A stretch of 64,000 nt of DNA from assembly GCA_028534125.1 (NCBI GenBank), contig CM052817.1, forward strand, positions 5,458,001 to 5,522,000, in the 5' to 3' direction. The position numbers were made by a program, and so were the translations under genes. Origin of the DNA: Lama glama (Eukaryota). The first letter of the stretch is position 1; every line of letters starts with the position of its first letter. The notes beneath the pieces were generated by a model. It had not been told where the DNA came from. It did not search any database and worked only from the letters and a program-made list of their open reading frames with translations. Below, piece by piece: positions 41,496 to 53,904 of the stretch.

Positions 41496-41869
41496 AAATG
41501 ACACACTGATGCTGGCTACAGCATGGATAAGCCCTGAAAACATTGCACAGAGTGAAAGGGATCAGTCACAAGAGACCACATGTTGCATGATCCCATTTAT
41601 GTGAAACGTCCAGAGTAGGCAAATTCACACAGGAAGTAGGTTAGTGGCTGCTCGGGGATGGGGGTGGGAGTAGAGGAATGGGTGTTGACTGCTAACAGAC
41701 TTGGGGCCACTTTTTGCAGTGAGGAGAATATTCTAGAATTAGTGGTGATCGTTGTACTACTCTGTGAATGTACTGAAAACCAGTGAATTACATGCTTCAA
41801 AATGGTGAATTTTATGGTATGTCTATTATACGTCAAAAGAAAAGGGGAAGCAGGTCACACAACAGCTGG

Positions 41870-42143
41870 TGCATCAGCGGTTGGGGAAGGGGGAGAGTGA
41901 GCGGGGGGTAGGGACAGAATGGTTCTGAGACATAATAATATGAATTGCTAACACTTGTATAGCGCTGACACGGCAGACACTGTAGGAAGACTTTGCAGTG
42001 TGTATGTTCACGTCCGACTGAAGCATTATGCTGCACACCAGAAACTGACACATTGTAAACTGCTTATATTTCAATAGAGATATATATATATATACATATA
42101 TATATATATGTATATATATATGTATATATATATACAAAAAAAA
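41870..42143 (+). mobile_element. Short lineage-specific LINE-1 3' end with a (TA)n-expanded tail (42080-42135)
   Basis: G-rich patch, then attatgctgcacaccagaaactgacacattgtaaactg...tcaata, (TA)n and an A run. Confidence 0.7.
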
Positions 42144-42324
42144 GTCTTCACATACGTCCACTCATTTAAATAACGTACTTGCAGTGGACAAATGTTAGGT
42201 CCTATGGTTAGAGCCCTTTTTCAGGTGGAGAAACTAAGACGTGTCCGGAGAGTGACAGGCTGGGACTCAAATCCAAGGAGTCACCTGCTCCCCCACCGTG
42301 TCAGCCGGCTTGCCTGACACTCTG

Positions 42325-42495
42325 GCTGTGTGTGTGCAGGTGTGTGCATGTGTATTGCGTGTGCATGAGCCCATGTATGCATATACATGAATGCATGTGT
42401 GAATTGCATATGTGTGTGCGCATGCATGTTCATGCTTCCATGTGCACGTGTGTTCATGGACACACGTGTGTATGCGTGTGTCATTTGTGTGTGTC
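42325..42495. repeat. Degenerate (TG/CA)n alternating purine-pyrimidine tract
   Basis: tgtgtgtgtgcaggtgtgtgcatgtgtattgcgtgtgcatg... ~170 bp. Confidence 0.85.
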
Positions 42496-42754
42496 TCTTG
42501 CACACCCATGACAGGAACCTGAGGGCCTGTTAGGCCAGGGTGGGATGGATTTGGGTTGAGAGAATAAAAGCCCCAGAGGAAGTCAGCTGGTGCCTGAGGG
42601 CAAGATGGACAGACACTGGGATTTGGGAGCAGAAGCAGCCCTGCCTTTGCCTGCCCTTCCGAATGGACTTCAAGACCCACTGAGGGGCAGCGCCTCCAAG
42701 ACCTCACCCCACTCCTCAGGGTGAGACTCACCTCCCCCGTTCCCCCCACCGCCC

Positions 42755-43112
42755 AGCACAGTGAACACCGCAGCCTGGGGGGCTCAGACAACAGACACAT
42801 TCTCACTGTCCTGGAGGCTGAAGTCAGATGAAGGTGGAAGCATGGATGGCTTCTCCTGAGGTCCCTCTCCTTGGCTCCTGGGTGACCACTGTCTCCCTGC
42901 ATCCTCACGTGATCCTCCCTCTGTGCATGTCTGTGTCCTCGTCTCTTCTTCTTATAAGGACCCCAGTCACATTGGATCAGGGTCCACCCTTGTGACCTCA
43001 TTTGACCTTAATCACCTCTTTAAAGGCTTTATCTCTAAAAGCAGTCACATTCTGCGGTCCTGGGGGTTAGGACTCCAACATATGAAATGCGGGGGCACAC
43101 TTCAGCTCACAG
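42755..43112 (-). mobile_element. MLT1 solo LTR (MLT1A-like)
   Basis: acaacagacacattctcactgtcctggaggctg...tcttataaggacccc...cacattctgcggtcctgggggttagg. Confidence 0.85.
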
Positions 43113-45819
43113 CACTCCCACAGAGGAATGTTTCAGAAAACAGCTTGGCCTTCAGAGCCAGACAGGCTGAGGCTCTACCTGGATGTGGTCACTTTCTAGC
43201 CGTGAGTCAGACTATTTCCCCTTCCAGACGCCCCGTTTCCTCCTCTGAACCATCATCATGGGTCATCATGCGAATCCAATACGATGCCCTCGGGTTTCTG
43301 CAGCTAACGGTACCGGGTGCACAGCAGGTGCTCGATAAATAATGCTCCCCGCAAGGGGGTCACCCCTGCTTCCGGTGCTGAGGCTGCCAGGGACACTTCC
43401 TGGGTGGGGGCTCTGCAGAGGCCCATCTCATCCTCCGCGGGCCCGGGGACGGAGGGAGTCCCCGCCGTTGGCTGAGGCTTACCAAGGTGGAGTATGCGCT
43501 CAAGGTGGCGTGGCGGGGAGGTGGGGCGGGGAGCGGGGGTGGGTCTGTGTCTCTGCGGTGTCTGTGCCTGCTTCATTCCTCCCCTGGGTCCTGAGAGCCC
43601 GGAGAGGGCAGAAATGGGGGCTGATCTAGCTGTGAGTGAGGGGCCCCCCCATGGAATATATTCTTCATAAATGGAACTTTGATTGCATCAAAGACACTTG
43701 AAACAGGCAAGAAAAGGGCTGGGGGAGATGGAGGGCCGTGACGTTGATTTTGTTCTCTGGGTCATCTTGACTTCTGAAGATTGTTTTTAAACCTCTAACA
43801 GTGCCCCTCGATTGTGAAATGAAAATATTTTTCCAGCAAGAGCTGCATCCATCCACGTGGAATGGGAGGTGAAATGGACAACCGCTCAGGCTCAGCCACT
43901 TCCTGCCTCACCCCACATGGAAGGAGATGAGATTTATAAACGATACGGCTAATTGTGTTTTTCTACAAGATTAATTTTATTGTCCCATTATCTGCTCCTT
44001 CTGAATCCATTCAGGGGTGGATTATGTCTCAGCTTCATCTCTGGAGCTCTCATTAATAATTAGGTCACCTTTGAGCTGGGAGCCCTGGGTGGCCCAGGCC
44101 AGGGAGACTTCAGCTAGAATGGAAGCCCTTAGTGTGGCGCAGTGTTCTCACTGCTAATGTCAGAATGCCTTCGGGCCAGAGGGACAGCGTGCTTAGGGGA
44201 ACTGCCTTTACTAGCTGGCACTGTGCCCCGGGCACTTTTCCTTGTGAAACCTCACAGCTGCCTGGGAGGTCAGCACTATTGTCCATGTCACAGAAGAGAT
44301 GCTGAGGGCCGCCTCCGCAGGATGGTAGAACTTGAAATTGTGTAATGCAGATTCCAGCCAAGTGCAGCTGGCCCCAGAGCCCAGGTCCCACGGGCACCTC
44401 CCTCCAGAATTTAGAGAGTTGGAGGATACAGTTCCAGTGTCCTGAGATTTAAAAACTAAACCAACTGGAAACGTTTCTAACAAGGTGCCTCCAACACATT
44501 GGCACTGGTTATTTCTCATTTTTTTTTTGATTGCTAAAAGATGGGGCCGGTGGTGGAAGAACTGGAGATCTGGATACAGGACCGTTGACTAAGCACCAGC
44601 TGTGTGCCAGACAAGCCTTATCCTTATCTTTGGGCGTCAACATAATCCTAAAAGAAGGAAAGCATAGTTTCTTCTGTTTTCAAGATAAAGCGACACGGAT
44701 GTTGGAGCCAGACACTGAATAAGGGGCTCACTCATTGGGACCCAAACAATACATGTTGGACGTTCAGGAAGTTTATGAACTTTCACAGTGACAAGCGACC
44801 CTGCCGTGAACATCTCTGGGCACATACTAACCTCTGTGCACAACTGTGATAATAACTGTTGGTACAGGAATTCCTGTACAATGTGTTTGATCTACTGTCT
44901 AACAGAGAGACTGGAAAGCTGAATGCTTGGTTTTCCATGCTCTTTGCAGCTAGGGAGACCACGACACCCAGTCCTGACCAGTGAGTGCTCTGCGCAGTCT
45001 TCCCTGAGTGTCGTAGGAAAGCTTTTGTTTTCCTGCTGAAGAGGGACATAGGCTGGCAGGACTCTTCATCCTTCTTCCAGCCAAAAATGTAAAAATGATG
45101 TCTGGAGCCACAGCAGCCTTCTTCTGTCCATGAGGCTTCAAGTCTGAGGATGGAAATCAACCTTAAATTGCAGTCATCTTCGAAATGGCTACACTGCCCC
45201 AGTAACCAAACACTCCTTATTATTGAAAAAAAAAAAAAAAGCAAAGCCTAATTTGCTGAATCCGTGTTGGGGCAGGATTTCTGTTCCTTGAAGCGAGCAT
45301 GTTCCTACCTCACAGGCTCAGAGATAGGCTGATCCTCACAGGGTCAGCGTACCAGATGTGGACTATTTCCAACACCCATTCTCCCCTTCTTTTGTTGTAA
45401 TAAAAGGTCCTTCCAAGCACGTGTCTATTCCGAGTAAAATCACCATTGTCTCACTTCCCTTGTGGCACGGCGTGGCCTTGTAAGTAAGCTCTGGAGACGG
45501 GGAGAAAGGCAGAAGTGTTGTGTGGCAGCTCCTAGTAGCCTTCCAGAAGGGACAGTTGGGGCCCGCTTCTTGCCTCTGTCTCCTTTGTCCCTTCCTCCCT
45601 CCTGTTGCCTATTATGTGGTTACCACTGTCTTGGACCACAGGGATAAGGGCCCTGGCCACAATGATGTCGCAGGGAGCTGGACGGAGCTGGGGCCCTGAG
45701 GACCTCACAGCTGAGCCCCCTCCTGCCCTGGTCCACGCACCTCCAGGCTCTGTCCCCGGCTCTCTTCTTCGAGCCACTGTTAGGTGGGATTTTCTGTCAC
45801 AGTCAAAGCTAGTCCCAGC

Positions 45820-46312
45820 CGTATTCCTCTCCTGCAGTTGCTATAATAAACTGCTGGTAAACTCATTGGCTTCAAACAATACAAACTTACTCTCTCATGG
45901 TGTCATAAACCAGAAGTCTGAAATCAGCTTCACCAGGTAAAGTCAAGGTGCTGGCAGAGCTGGTTCCCTCTGGAGGCTCTTGAGGAGAATTTTTCCCTTG
46001 CCTTTTCCACCTTCTTGTGGCCTCCTGTGGCCCTCAGTTCAGGGCCCCTTCCTCCATCTTTGAAGAGCACCCCTCCAGTTTCTGCTTCCATCACCCCATC
46101 ACCATGTGTGCTCCTCTGCCCCAGCTCCTCCCTCCCGTGGCTTACAGGGCCGCTGCCATCACACGAGGCTTTCCTGATGATCCAGGGCGATCGCCCATCT
46201 CTAGGCTCTTGGCTTGATCACATTTGCAAAGTCCCTTTTCCCTACGTGCCATTCACAGCTCCTGGGGACCAGGACACGGACATGTTTGGAAGGACATTAC
46301 TCAGCTACCACA
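45820..46312 (-). mobile_element. MLT1 solo LTR
   Basis: MLT1 minus-strand motifs; TSD CCAGC at 45815-45819 and 46699-46703. Confidence 0.8.
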
Positions 46313-46313
46313 C

Positions 46314-46694
46314 TGTTATGGCCTGAATGCTGTGTCCTCTGCCGAATTCATGTGCTGAATCTCTAACCCCCACAGTGACTGTATTTAGAGAGAGAGCATG
46401 TGAGGAGGTGACAAAGTTCAAATGAGGTCATAAGGGTGGGGCCCTAATCCAATAGGGCTGGTGCCCTTGTGAGAAGAGGAAGAGACCCCAGAGTGTCCCC
46501 TCTCTCTCCACCACATGAGGACGCAGTGAGGAGGCGGCCGCCCGCAAGGCAGGCAGAGAGCCCTCGCCAGAATCCGATCTTGCTGAACCTCGCTCTGGGG
46601 CATCTGGCCCCTAGAACTGTGAGAAATACGTTTTTGTTGTGTAAGCCGCCCAGTTCATGGTATTTTATTGTGACAGCCCAAGCAGATTAATACA
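46314..46694 (+). mobile_element. MLT1 solo LTR inserted at the terminus of the previous LTR
   Basis: tgttatggcctgaat...gattaataca; near-TSD CACAC/CTCAC. Confidence 0.88.
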
Positions 46695-49404
46695 CTCACC
46701 AGCTAATCCGCTTGTAACTTGCTCGTGGTCACCAGGTCGGTGGGGAGGGCACAGGTAGGATTCCAGCCTGGGTCTCTTGCCAAAGCCTGCACCCCGCAGT
46801 GGCCAACCTCTGACTGCAGTCGAGCCTTAGGGGCAGGCAGCATCCTGAGGCCTGGGCACCACTTTGGTGTTTCAGAGATTCAGTCGCACTGTTACATGGT
46901 CAGAGCATCTGACAGCGCGTCTATTGTCAGACAGATGCAGCAGGTAGAGTTTAATAACAGGCATCTGAGGACTGAGGGTTTCCCTCCATCGCTGTGAAGA
47001 ACTACACTGAACCCCCTAAAGCCATAAAGTGATGTCCGCAGTGTATGTTAGCTGAGGTCAAGTCACGCTGCAGTAACAAGTGACCCTAAAATCAAGGACG
47101 CTCCTGTTTACGTCCACCGTGGGTCCCTGTGGTTCTGCCCGCATCCCCTGTACTCCAGAACACGAAGGAAGCAGCAGCCCCTCTCTGGGACATGCTGATC
47201 TTGGAGCAGAGAGAAAAGAGAGCTGCCCAGATCGCATGATGGCTCTTAAAGGCCCTTGTCAGGAGGGGCGCGTGTCAACCCACTCACATTTCATTGGCCG
47301 AGCAGGTCATATGAGAGGCAAGGAGACTCCTTTAGAACTGTGAGAAAACATGCCTCTGTTGTCTACGCCCCCCATCTGTGGGACTTCGTTAGGAACTGAA
47401 CACACTGGGCTGTAGAAAAGTATTGGCAGTTTTAATTTTGGTAGAACTAGTATAAGCTTTTCCCAGAGCTGGATGACTGCAGTTATATGGAAAACAGGAC
47501 CTTGATTTGAAAGCTGATGAGCTCCCATTACATGCCCCTTGGGGGTATTTGAGAAGAGGGATGGGGATCAGTCAGGGGTGAACCTAATTCCAGCTGGAAC
47601 CCAATTTCAACCCATTTCTCACAACGGTCAACAGTTTGCTTAACCTGAGCGTTCTATTTTCCTAATCTGAAAAATGGGACGAATGTTCTCAGTGATGGAT
47701 TGCTGTGAAGGCTAGCTGGGATTCAGCGGCTCAGGGTAAGAGTTATTAAGCAGACCCTCGGTCTTCGTGATCCACCAGCCCTGACTCAGTCACCCTACAT
47801 GGCCGCCTTCATTCCTTCATTCATTTATTCACTCAACAAATCTAACTGAGGGTCTCCTTTTACGAGCCAGGCACAGCACGTGGTATCGGGGACACAGAGA
47901 TGAGTAGACGCCGCCTCTGCTCTCCAAGTGCTGTCACAGAAGTCCAGTTTCCCTCTCAAAAGGGCCGGCCAGTCTCTCCCACGGAGAAAGGTGGAAAGAT
48001 CTCGGGCTTCCAAGCTGGAGCCCTGCTCAGCTCCCTGCCTCCCCACCGTGGGGCTGAGCACCCGCTCCCTCACCCGCGAATCAGGGGCCTCACTCCTTGA
48101 TCTGCCCTCGCAGGCCTGCCACCCGGTGGGGACGAAGTGGTGCCTACTCAGCGCTTAGCAGACTCAGAAGCACTGTCTACACTGCAGGAGGCACCATTTT
48201 TTTCTGGGTGGTGATCATACGTCTTAGCCTTTACTGAGCACTGACCGTGGGTCAGCCCTGTCCTCGGTGTGCCATGTGCACTCTCCCTCCTGATTTTTCA
48301 CCACGTCTTATGAAGTGATGACTATGAGTGTCTCCAGTTTACAGACGAGGATACAGAGGTGCACAGAGGTTCCCTGCAGGCTGGTGCCAGCCTTCTGTAA
48401 CTGCAGTTATCGAAGCACTACACTGAACCCCCTAAAACCAAGTGGTTGATGGTTGGTAACGGCTTAATCCAGTGTCAGGGGACCGGCAGGACCAGCCAGG
48501 GTACGAGCCACAGCCACAACCCTGGGGGTGGGAAGGAGGATGTGGATTCTACAGTAAGGGAGCGATTTCTTTAGGCTATGAGATTGAAAAAGAGGACTCA
48601 AGCAGCTGCACTCTCCCCAGTGAGGAAGAAGGGATGACCAACCCACGAGTTCCCAACCGTTGAGGAGGCGGCATTTACCATAAGGCATAGGGAGGTTCGG
48701 GAAGGTGAGGCGTGACTTGCGGCTTATCCAAGTCGATCCGTGCGGAGATACCTGCCAGCCTCTTGGAAATGCTTAACAAGCACAGAGACATTCATTGCTC
48801 CTGAAGCATCATTTCACCCATGGCTAACTCTGAGCGCAGGCCAGAGCTTCTAGCTGGATCCAATCTTGCTAATAAAACAGCGTCTCCCGGAGCCAGCCCA
48901 GCGGGAGCCCGGCTGCCGTCCAGGTCGGCCCCGATGACCCAGAAGCTTCCACTAAGCTCCGTGGGGCTCCTGCGTCAGCAGCAAACATCACCTAAGTGGC
49001 TTCTACTCACAAAGATGAAAAGCCACGGTCTGACCGACTAGCGAGCACCACGGAGGTGCAAGGACCAGGCTAAATGCAACACATTTAGTCTGGGCACTTA
49101 CGCCAATTGTTGTGTTGAGCTTTTCAACGCGCGTTATTATCTCATGATGACATCACGAAGGAGACGACATTATTCTCATTTTACACCAAAGACAGTTTGG
49201 GTTCAGAAAGCTTGGGTGACTTGCCCACGGTCATGCTGTTCACAGGAGGTAAATCTGGGATCTGAGCTGAGGGGTCCTCTGCATCCCACCCCTGCACCCT
49301 CCAGTTCCAAAGGAGATCTCGGAGGGGCCCTGCGGCTGTAACGTCCTACCAGACAACGGGGCCATGAGTCAGAGGTACCTCTTGTGAGAAGTTCATAAGC
49401 CTTG

Positions 49405-49843
49405 TGTGTTAGTTTCCTGTGGATGCTGTAACAAATTACTCCAAACTGAGTGGCTTAAAACAACTAATGTATTCTGTCACCGTTCTGGAGACTAGAAGTC
49501 TGGAATCAAGGCGGCAGCTGCCTCCAAAGGCTCTCAGGGAGAACCCCTCCTTGCTCCTTCCAGCTTCTGGTGATTCCAGGTTTCTTGGCGCAGCTGCACC
49601 ATTCCGTTCTCTGCCTCCGCTTGCACTTGGCCTTCTCCTCTGTGTCTGTGTCTTTTCCTCTTCTGTCCCTTATAAGGATACTGGTCACTGGACCCGTGGC
49701 CTACTCTAATGAGGATGATCTCATCTCGAGAGCTGTAACTTAATTACGTCTGCAAAGACCTTTTTTCCAAATAAGGTCCCATTCACAGGTGCCATCTGTT
49801 GAGATGTGCAGATACCTTTTGGGGGTACCATTCAACCACTTCA
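49405..49843 (-). mobile_element. MLT1 solo LTR
   Basis: tgtgttagtttcctgtggatgctgtaacaaattac...ttccaaataaggtc; near-TSD CCTTG/CTTTG. Confidence 0.88.
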
Positions 49844-49956
49844 CTTTGGGCAATGAGAAAGCATCCTTTCCTGCACCCCCTTGAGGAAGGAATATGACCC
49901 TCCTGGCATCCTAGGGAGAATGAACATGATTGTGGAGGGACTTAGGGGGAAGAACC

Positions 49957-50312
49957 TTTATTCACTCACAGTTCTGTGGGAGCAGAAGTCCAAAATCAAG
50001 ATGTCCCCAAGGTCACGTTCCCCGTGAGACTCTGGGAAGGGTCCTTCCTTGCCCTTCCTAACCTCTGCGTGGCGGCAGACCCTTGATGTTCCCTGGCTTA
50101 TGTCCCTGCCTCTGCTGTCACACGGCCTTCTCCCGTGTCCGTCTCTTACCTTAGGAGGGCACCAGGCACGCTGGATGAGAGGCCACCGTAATGACCTCAT
50201 CTTTACCTGACTACATCTGCAAAGACCCTGCTTCCAAATAAGATCGACTCACAGGTTCTAGGGGGTAGCACTTTAACACATCTTTTGTGGGGACACAGTT
50301 CAACCCGTAACA
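49957..50312 (-). mobile_element. MLT1 LTR, truncated
   Basis: tttattcactcacagttctg...tctgcaaagaccctgcttccaaataag...caacccgtaaca. Confidence 0.85.
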
Positions 50313-50530
50313 CTAGCTGGTACATCAAATGAACTCTTGATTTCCTCCCCACCCCTCCTCCCGACTACCTGCGGCCAAGAGTAGATTATCTGACTCAACC
50401 TCTGTCCCAACTTCCTTCTTATGTACTTCCCTTAGACAGCTTTAGACAGGATTTAGATGGCTTCAAAAAAAATCTATACTTACCAGACCCGCTTCAGCTA
50501 GGGTTCTGGATGCAATTTACATTCCATCAG

Positions 50531-50927
50531 TGTTATGGGCTGAATTGGGGCCCCTCTAAAAATTCATATGTTCAAGTCTCAATCCCCATTGTATCTCAAG
50601 ATGTGATTGCATTTAGAGATTAGAGGTCATTGAAGTTTAAAGAAGTAATTAAGGTAAATGAGGTCACCAGGGCGAGGCCCTAATCCGATATGATAGTGTC
50701 CTTATGGAAGAGATTTGGACACAGACACACACAGAAGGACAACCACGTGAGGACAGCGGGAGAGGGTGGTCACTTACAAGCCAAGGGGAGAGGCCTCAGA
50801 AGAAACCAGCTCTGCCGACATGCTGACCTCGGACTTCCAGCCTCCAGAACTGTGAGACAGGAAATTTCTGTTATTTGAGCTGCCCAGTCCAGGGTCCTTT
50901 GCTATGGCGGCCTGGGACATGAATACA
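50531..50927 (+). mobile_element. MLT1 solo LTR, apparently inserted into an older ERVL-type LTR (~50370-51260)
   Basis: tgttatgggctgaat...gaataca; near-TSD ATCAG/ACCAG; flank has cagctagggttctggatg, recalled as LTR33/LTR16-like. Confidence 0.85.
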
Positions 50928-51489
50928 ACCAGTCAGAGGCACCTGCACGAGTCTTGGGCTTGGACCAAATTAAGTGGAGGGGCAGTATGCTCCTGGGCCT
51001 GCAGGTGGGACAAGGTCCTTCCATCACCGTCCTCCTGACTGTGGCTCCGTCGTGGTTTTCTCGATGACCCGGTTCAGTGGGGCTGCCCCTGAAGTCACTC
51101 CTCCTCCTTCAGCTGTTCCAAGGCTGTGTGTGCATCTGAGTCCCTGCATTAAACAGCTCTCTGCCCACAGTGGCAGGAGTGATTTTTGTCCAGCACCTGA
51201 GTACTGTCTGATACACGGCTTGCCCCTCAGTCTTCGCCATGGAGGCTGACGCACAGCTGATACTTAGAAATCCCCAGTGATTCTGCTCCTTCCCTCACTA
51301 GCCCGCCTCCAGCCTGTAGGCAAAGCTTGTCACTTCTACCGCCAAACACAGCCCCAGGCTGACCTCATCACACCGTCTCCATGGCTACCCGCCAGTCTAC
51401 CCATCACCGTCTTTGCCTGGTACCTCCCTGCCTCTGCTCTTACTCCCTGTAGTCCATTCTCCAAACAGCAGCCAGAGGGCCTTCTTTTC

Positions 51490-53400
51490 TGTGATAGAGA
51501 GCATACTTTTGTTGAGTATCTTTCCATGTATTTGCCATTCATATATTTTCCTTGGTAAAGCGTCCACTCGAGTTTTTGCTCATTTAAAAAACTGGGTTGC
51601 TTATTTTCTTACTGTCACCTGAATATTGTTATTCTGAATACAGGCCATTTGCCAGATGTGTGATTTGCAAATATTTTCTACCAGTCTGTGGTTTTTCTTT
51701 TCATTTTCCTAAAAGTTTCTTTCAAAGAGTGAAAGTTTCTAATTTTGATAAAGTTTAATTCATAATTTTTTTCTTTTATTGATAGTGTTTGATACCTAAA
51801 AATTCACTGTGAAACCTAAGATCACAAAGATTTTCCCCTATACTTTCTTCTAGCTATTTTATAGTTTTACATTTTACACACATGCCTATGAACCATCCTG
51901 AGTTAATGTTTTTGTATAAGGTGTGAGGTATAAGTTGAGGTTCATTTTTTTGTATATGAATGTACAATTGTTCCAATAATCTGTTGAAAAGCTTACTATT
52001 TCTCTATTAAATTGCCTCTGTACTTATGTCGAAAATCAATTAAATATCTGATAAGTGACTTGTATTTAGAATATACAAAGAAGTCTTGCAACTCAGTTAC
52101 AAAAAGACAAATAACCTAACTAAAAATGGGGGAAAGATCTAAATAGACATTTCTCCAAAGGAGATACACAGCTGGCCAATAAACACATGAAGAGATGCTG
52201 AGGATCATTAGTGACCAGGGAAATGCAAATTACAACCACCCTGAGATGCCACCTCACGTGCACCAGGATGGCTAAAACCAGTAACAAGCGTTGGCCCAGA
52301 TGTGGAGAAACTGGAGCTCTCACTCTCTGCTGGGAGGGATGGAAAATGGTGCAGCCAGTGTGGGAAACAGTCTGGCAGGTCCTCAAAATGTTAAACAGAC
52401 TTTCCATGTGACTCAGCGATTCTATTCTGAGGTATATATATCCAAGAGAACAGCAAGGTAGATCCATACAAAAACCTGTGTATGAATGCTCATAGCAGCA
52501 TTGTTCCTGATAACTCCAAAGTGTACACAGCACAAATGCCTATCAACCGATGAACCCATAAATAAAACAGCAAATCCACACAACAGAATATTATTCACCA
52601 GTAAGAAGGAACAGAGTACTAACGCACGCCACATCGTGCGTGAACCTTGAAAACATTATGCTGAGGAAAGGAGGCCAGTCACAAAAGACCACCTAGTGTA
52701 TGATTCTTTTATATGAAATGCCTAGAATTGGCAAATCTATAGAGATTTGTAGATTAGTGGTTGCTTAAAGCTTAGCTGGGGACAGGATGATGGCTAAAGA
52801 GTATAGACCTTCTATTTGAGGTAATGAAAATATTCTAAAATTTACTGTGGTCATGGTTGCACAACTCTGTGAATATACTAAAAACCATAGAATTTTATGC
52901 TTTAAATGGATGAATTGTACAGTATGGGCATTATACCTCAATAAGGCTTTTACCAAAAATAAAAATTAATAGACCATATATTTTTGAATCTACTTCTCTA
53001 TTCTGTGCCACTGAACAGAATCTTTTCACCAGCAATGCAATATTTTGATTACTGTACCTTTTTTTAAGTCTTGAAGTCAGGCAGCGCCACCCCCAGATTT
53101 GTTCTTCTATTTCAAAGTTGTTTTGGCTATTTTAGTTCCTTTGCCTTTCCATATAAATTTTAAATCAGCTTGCTAATAACTACAAAAACTCCTGCTCAGA
53201 TGATGATTGGGATACAGTATATATCAGTTTGGAGGGAACTGACATTTTAACACTATTGACTCTTCTAATCCATGAATATAGTATATCTCTCTATCTGTTC
53301 AGATATACATTTTAGTTTCTTTCACCAGTGTTTTGTACTTTTTACATACAGGTCATGCACATGTATTGTTATATTAATACCTAAGTATTTATTTTGCAGG
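51490..53400 (-). mobile_element. Old LINE-1 ORF2 fragment (minus), split by an oppositely oriented L1
   Basis: T-rich antisense L1 (ttgcaaatattttctaccagtctgtgg; ttgttttggctatt; ttgactcttctaatccatgaa) on both sides of 52042-52960. Confidence 0.85.
52042..52960 (+). mobile_element. L1MB-like 3' end nested in an antisense L1
   Basis: aatagacatttctccaaagg...atgaaaatattctaaaat...cctcaataa; near-TSD AAAATCAAT/AAAATTAAT. Confidence 0.88.
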
Positions 53401-53904
53401 AAAGTAATTACAAATGGGACCTCAGTAGGTGCATACATCACCCTGCATGCCTCTCCCGAGGGGAGCTCCTCTGTCCCCTACCAGCCACCTTCCCCCTCCT
53501 TGCCTCATCTCTTCAGGCACCCCCCACAGCCCCCAGCATCCCCATTCTCTGCCACATGATCTCCTACACAACCCTCAGAGCCCAGAATGACTGCCACTCC
53601 ACCCCAAGCTATTGGCCTGACAGCCCAGTTGTTGAGTCATCTCTCCGGGCCCTAGGAATGTGTCCCTGTGTTTGCTGCTCACTTACTGCACGCCAGATGC
53701 TCTTCTAAGTAGCTCTTAGATCACCACTTTGACTCAAGTGAAGCTGCCAACATCCAATTATTTCTGACTTGCAAAAATGGCAATTTAATATGATTCAGCC
53801 TAAATACTTTGGTTAATCCTTTAAAAGCTGTATAAATTAGGTGCTATTTACAAGTGAGGAAGCTGACACTTAGAAGGCTGAGAAACTTGTACCTATCCCA
53901 GAGC

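Larger units (their letters stand above)
40262..41842 (+). mobile_element. Old LINE-1 (L1MB/MC-like) 3' portion, split by a younger L1 (outer pieces 40262-40636 and 41496-41842)
   Basis: L1 3' consensus continues across the insertion (tactcagccataagcagaaatgaca|cactgatgctggctacagcatgg). Confidence 0.85.

Noticed and set aside
42267..43001. 244-aa minus-strand ORF with a His/Thr/Cys-rich segment
   Set aside because: It is a translation of an MLT1 LTR plus a (CA)n-like tract; the composition is a microsatellite artefact
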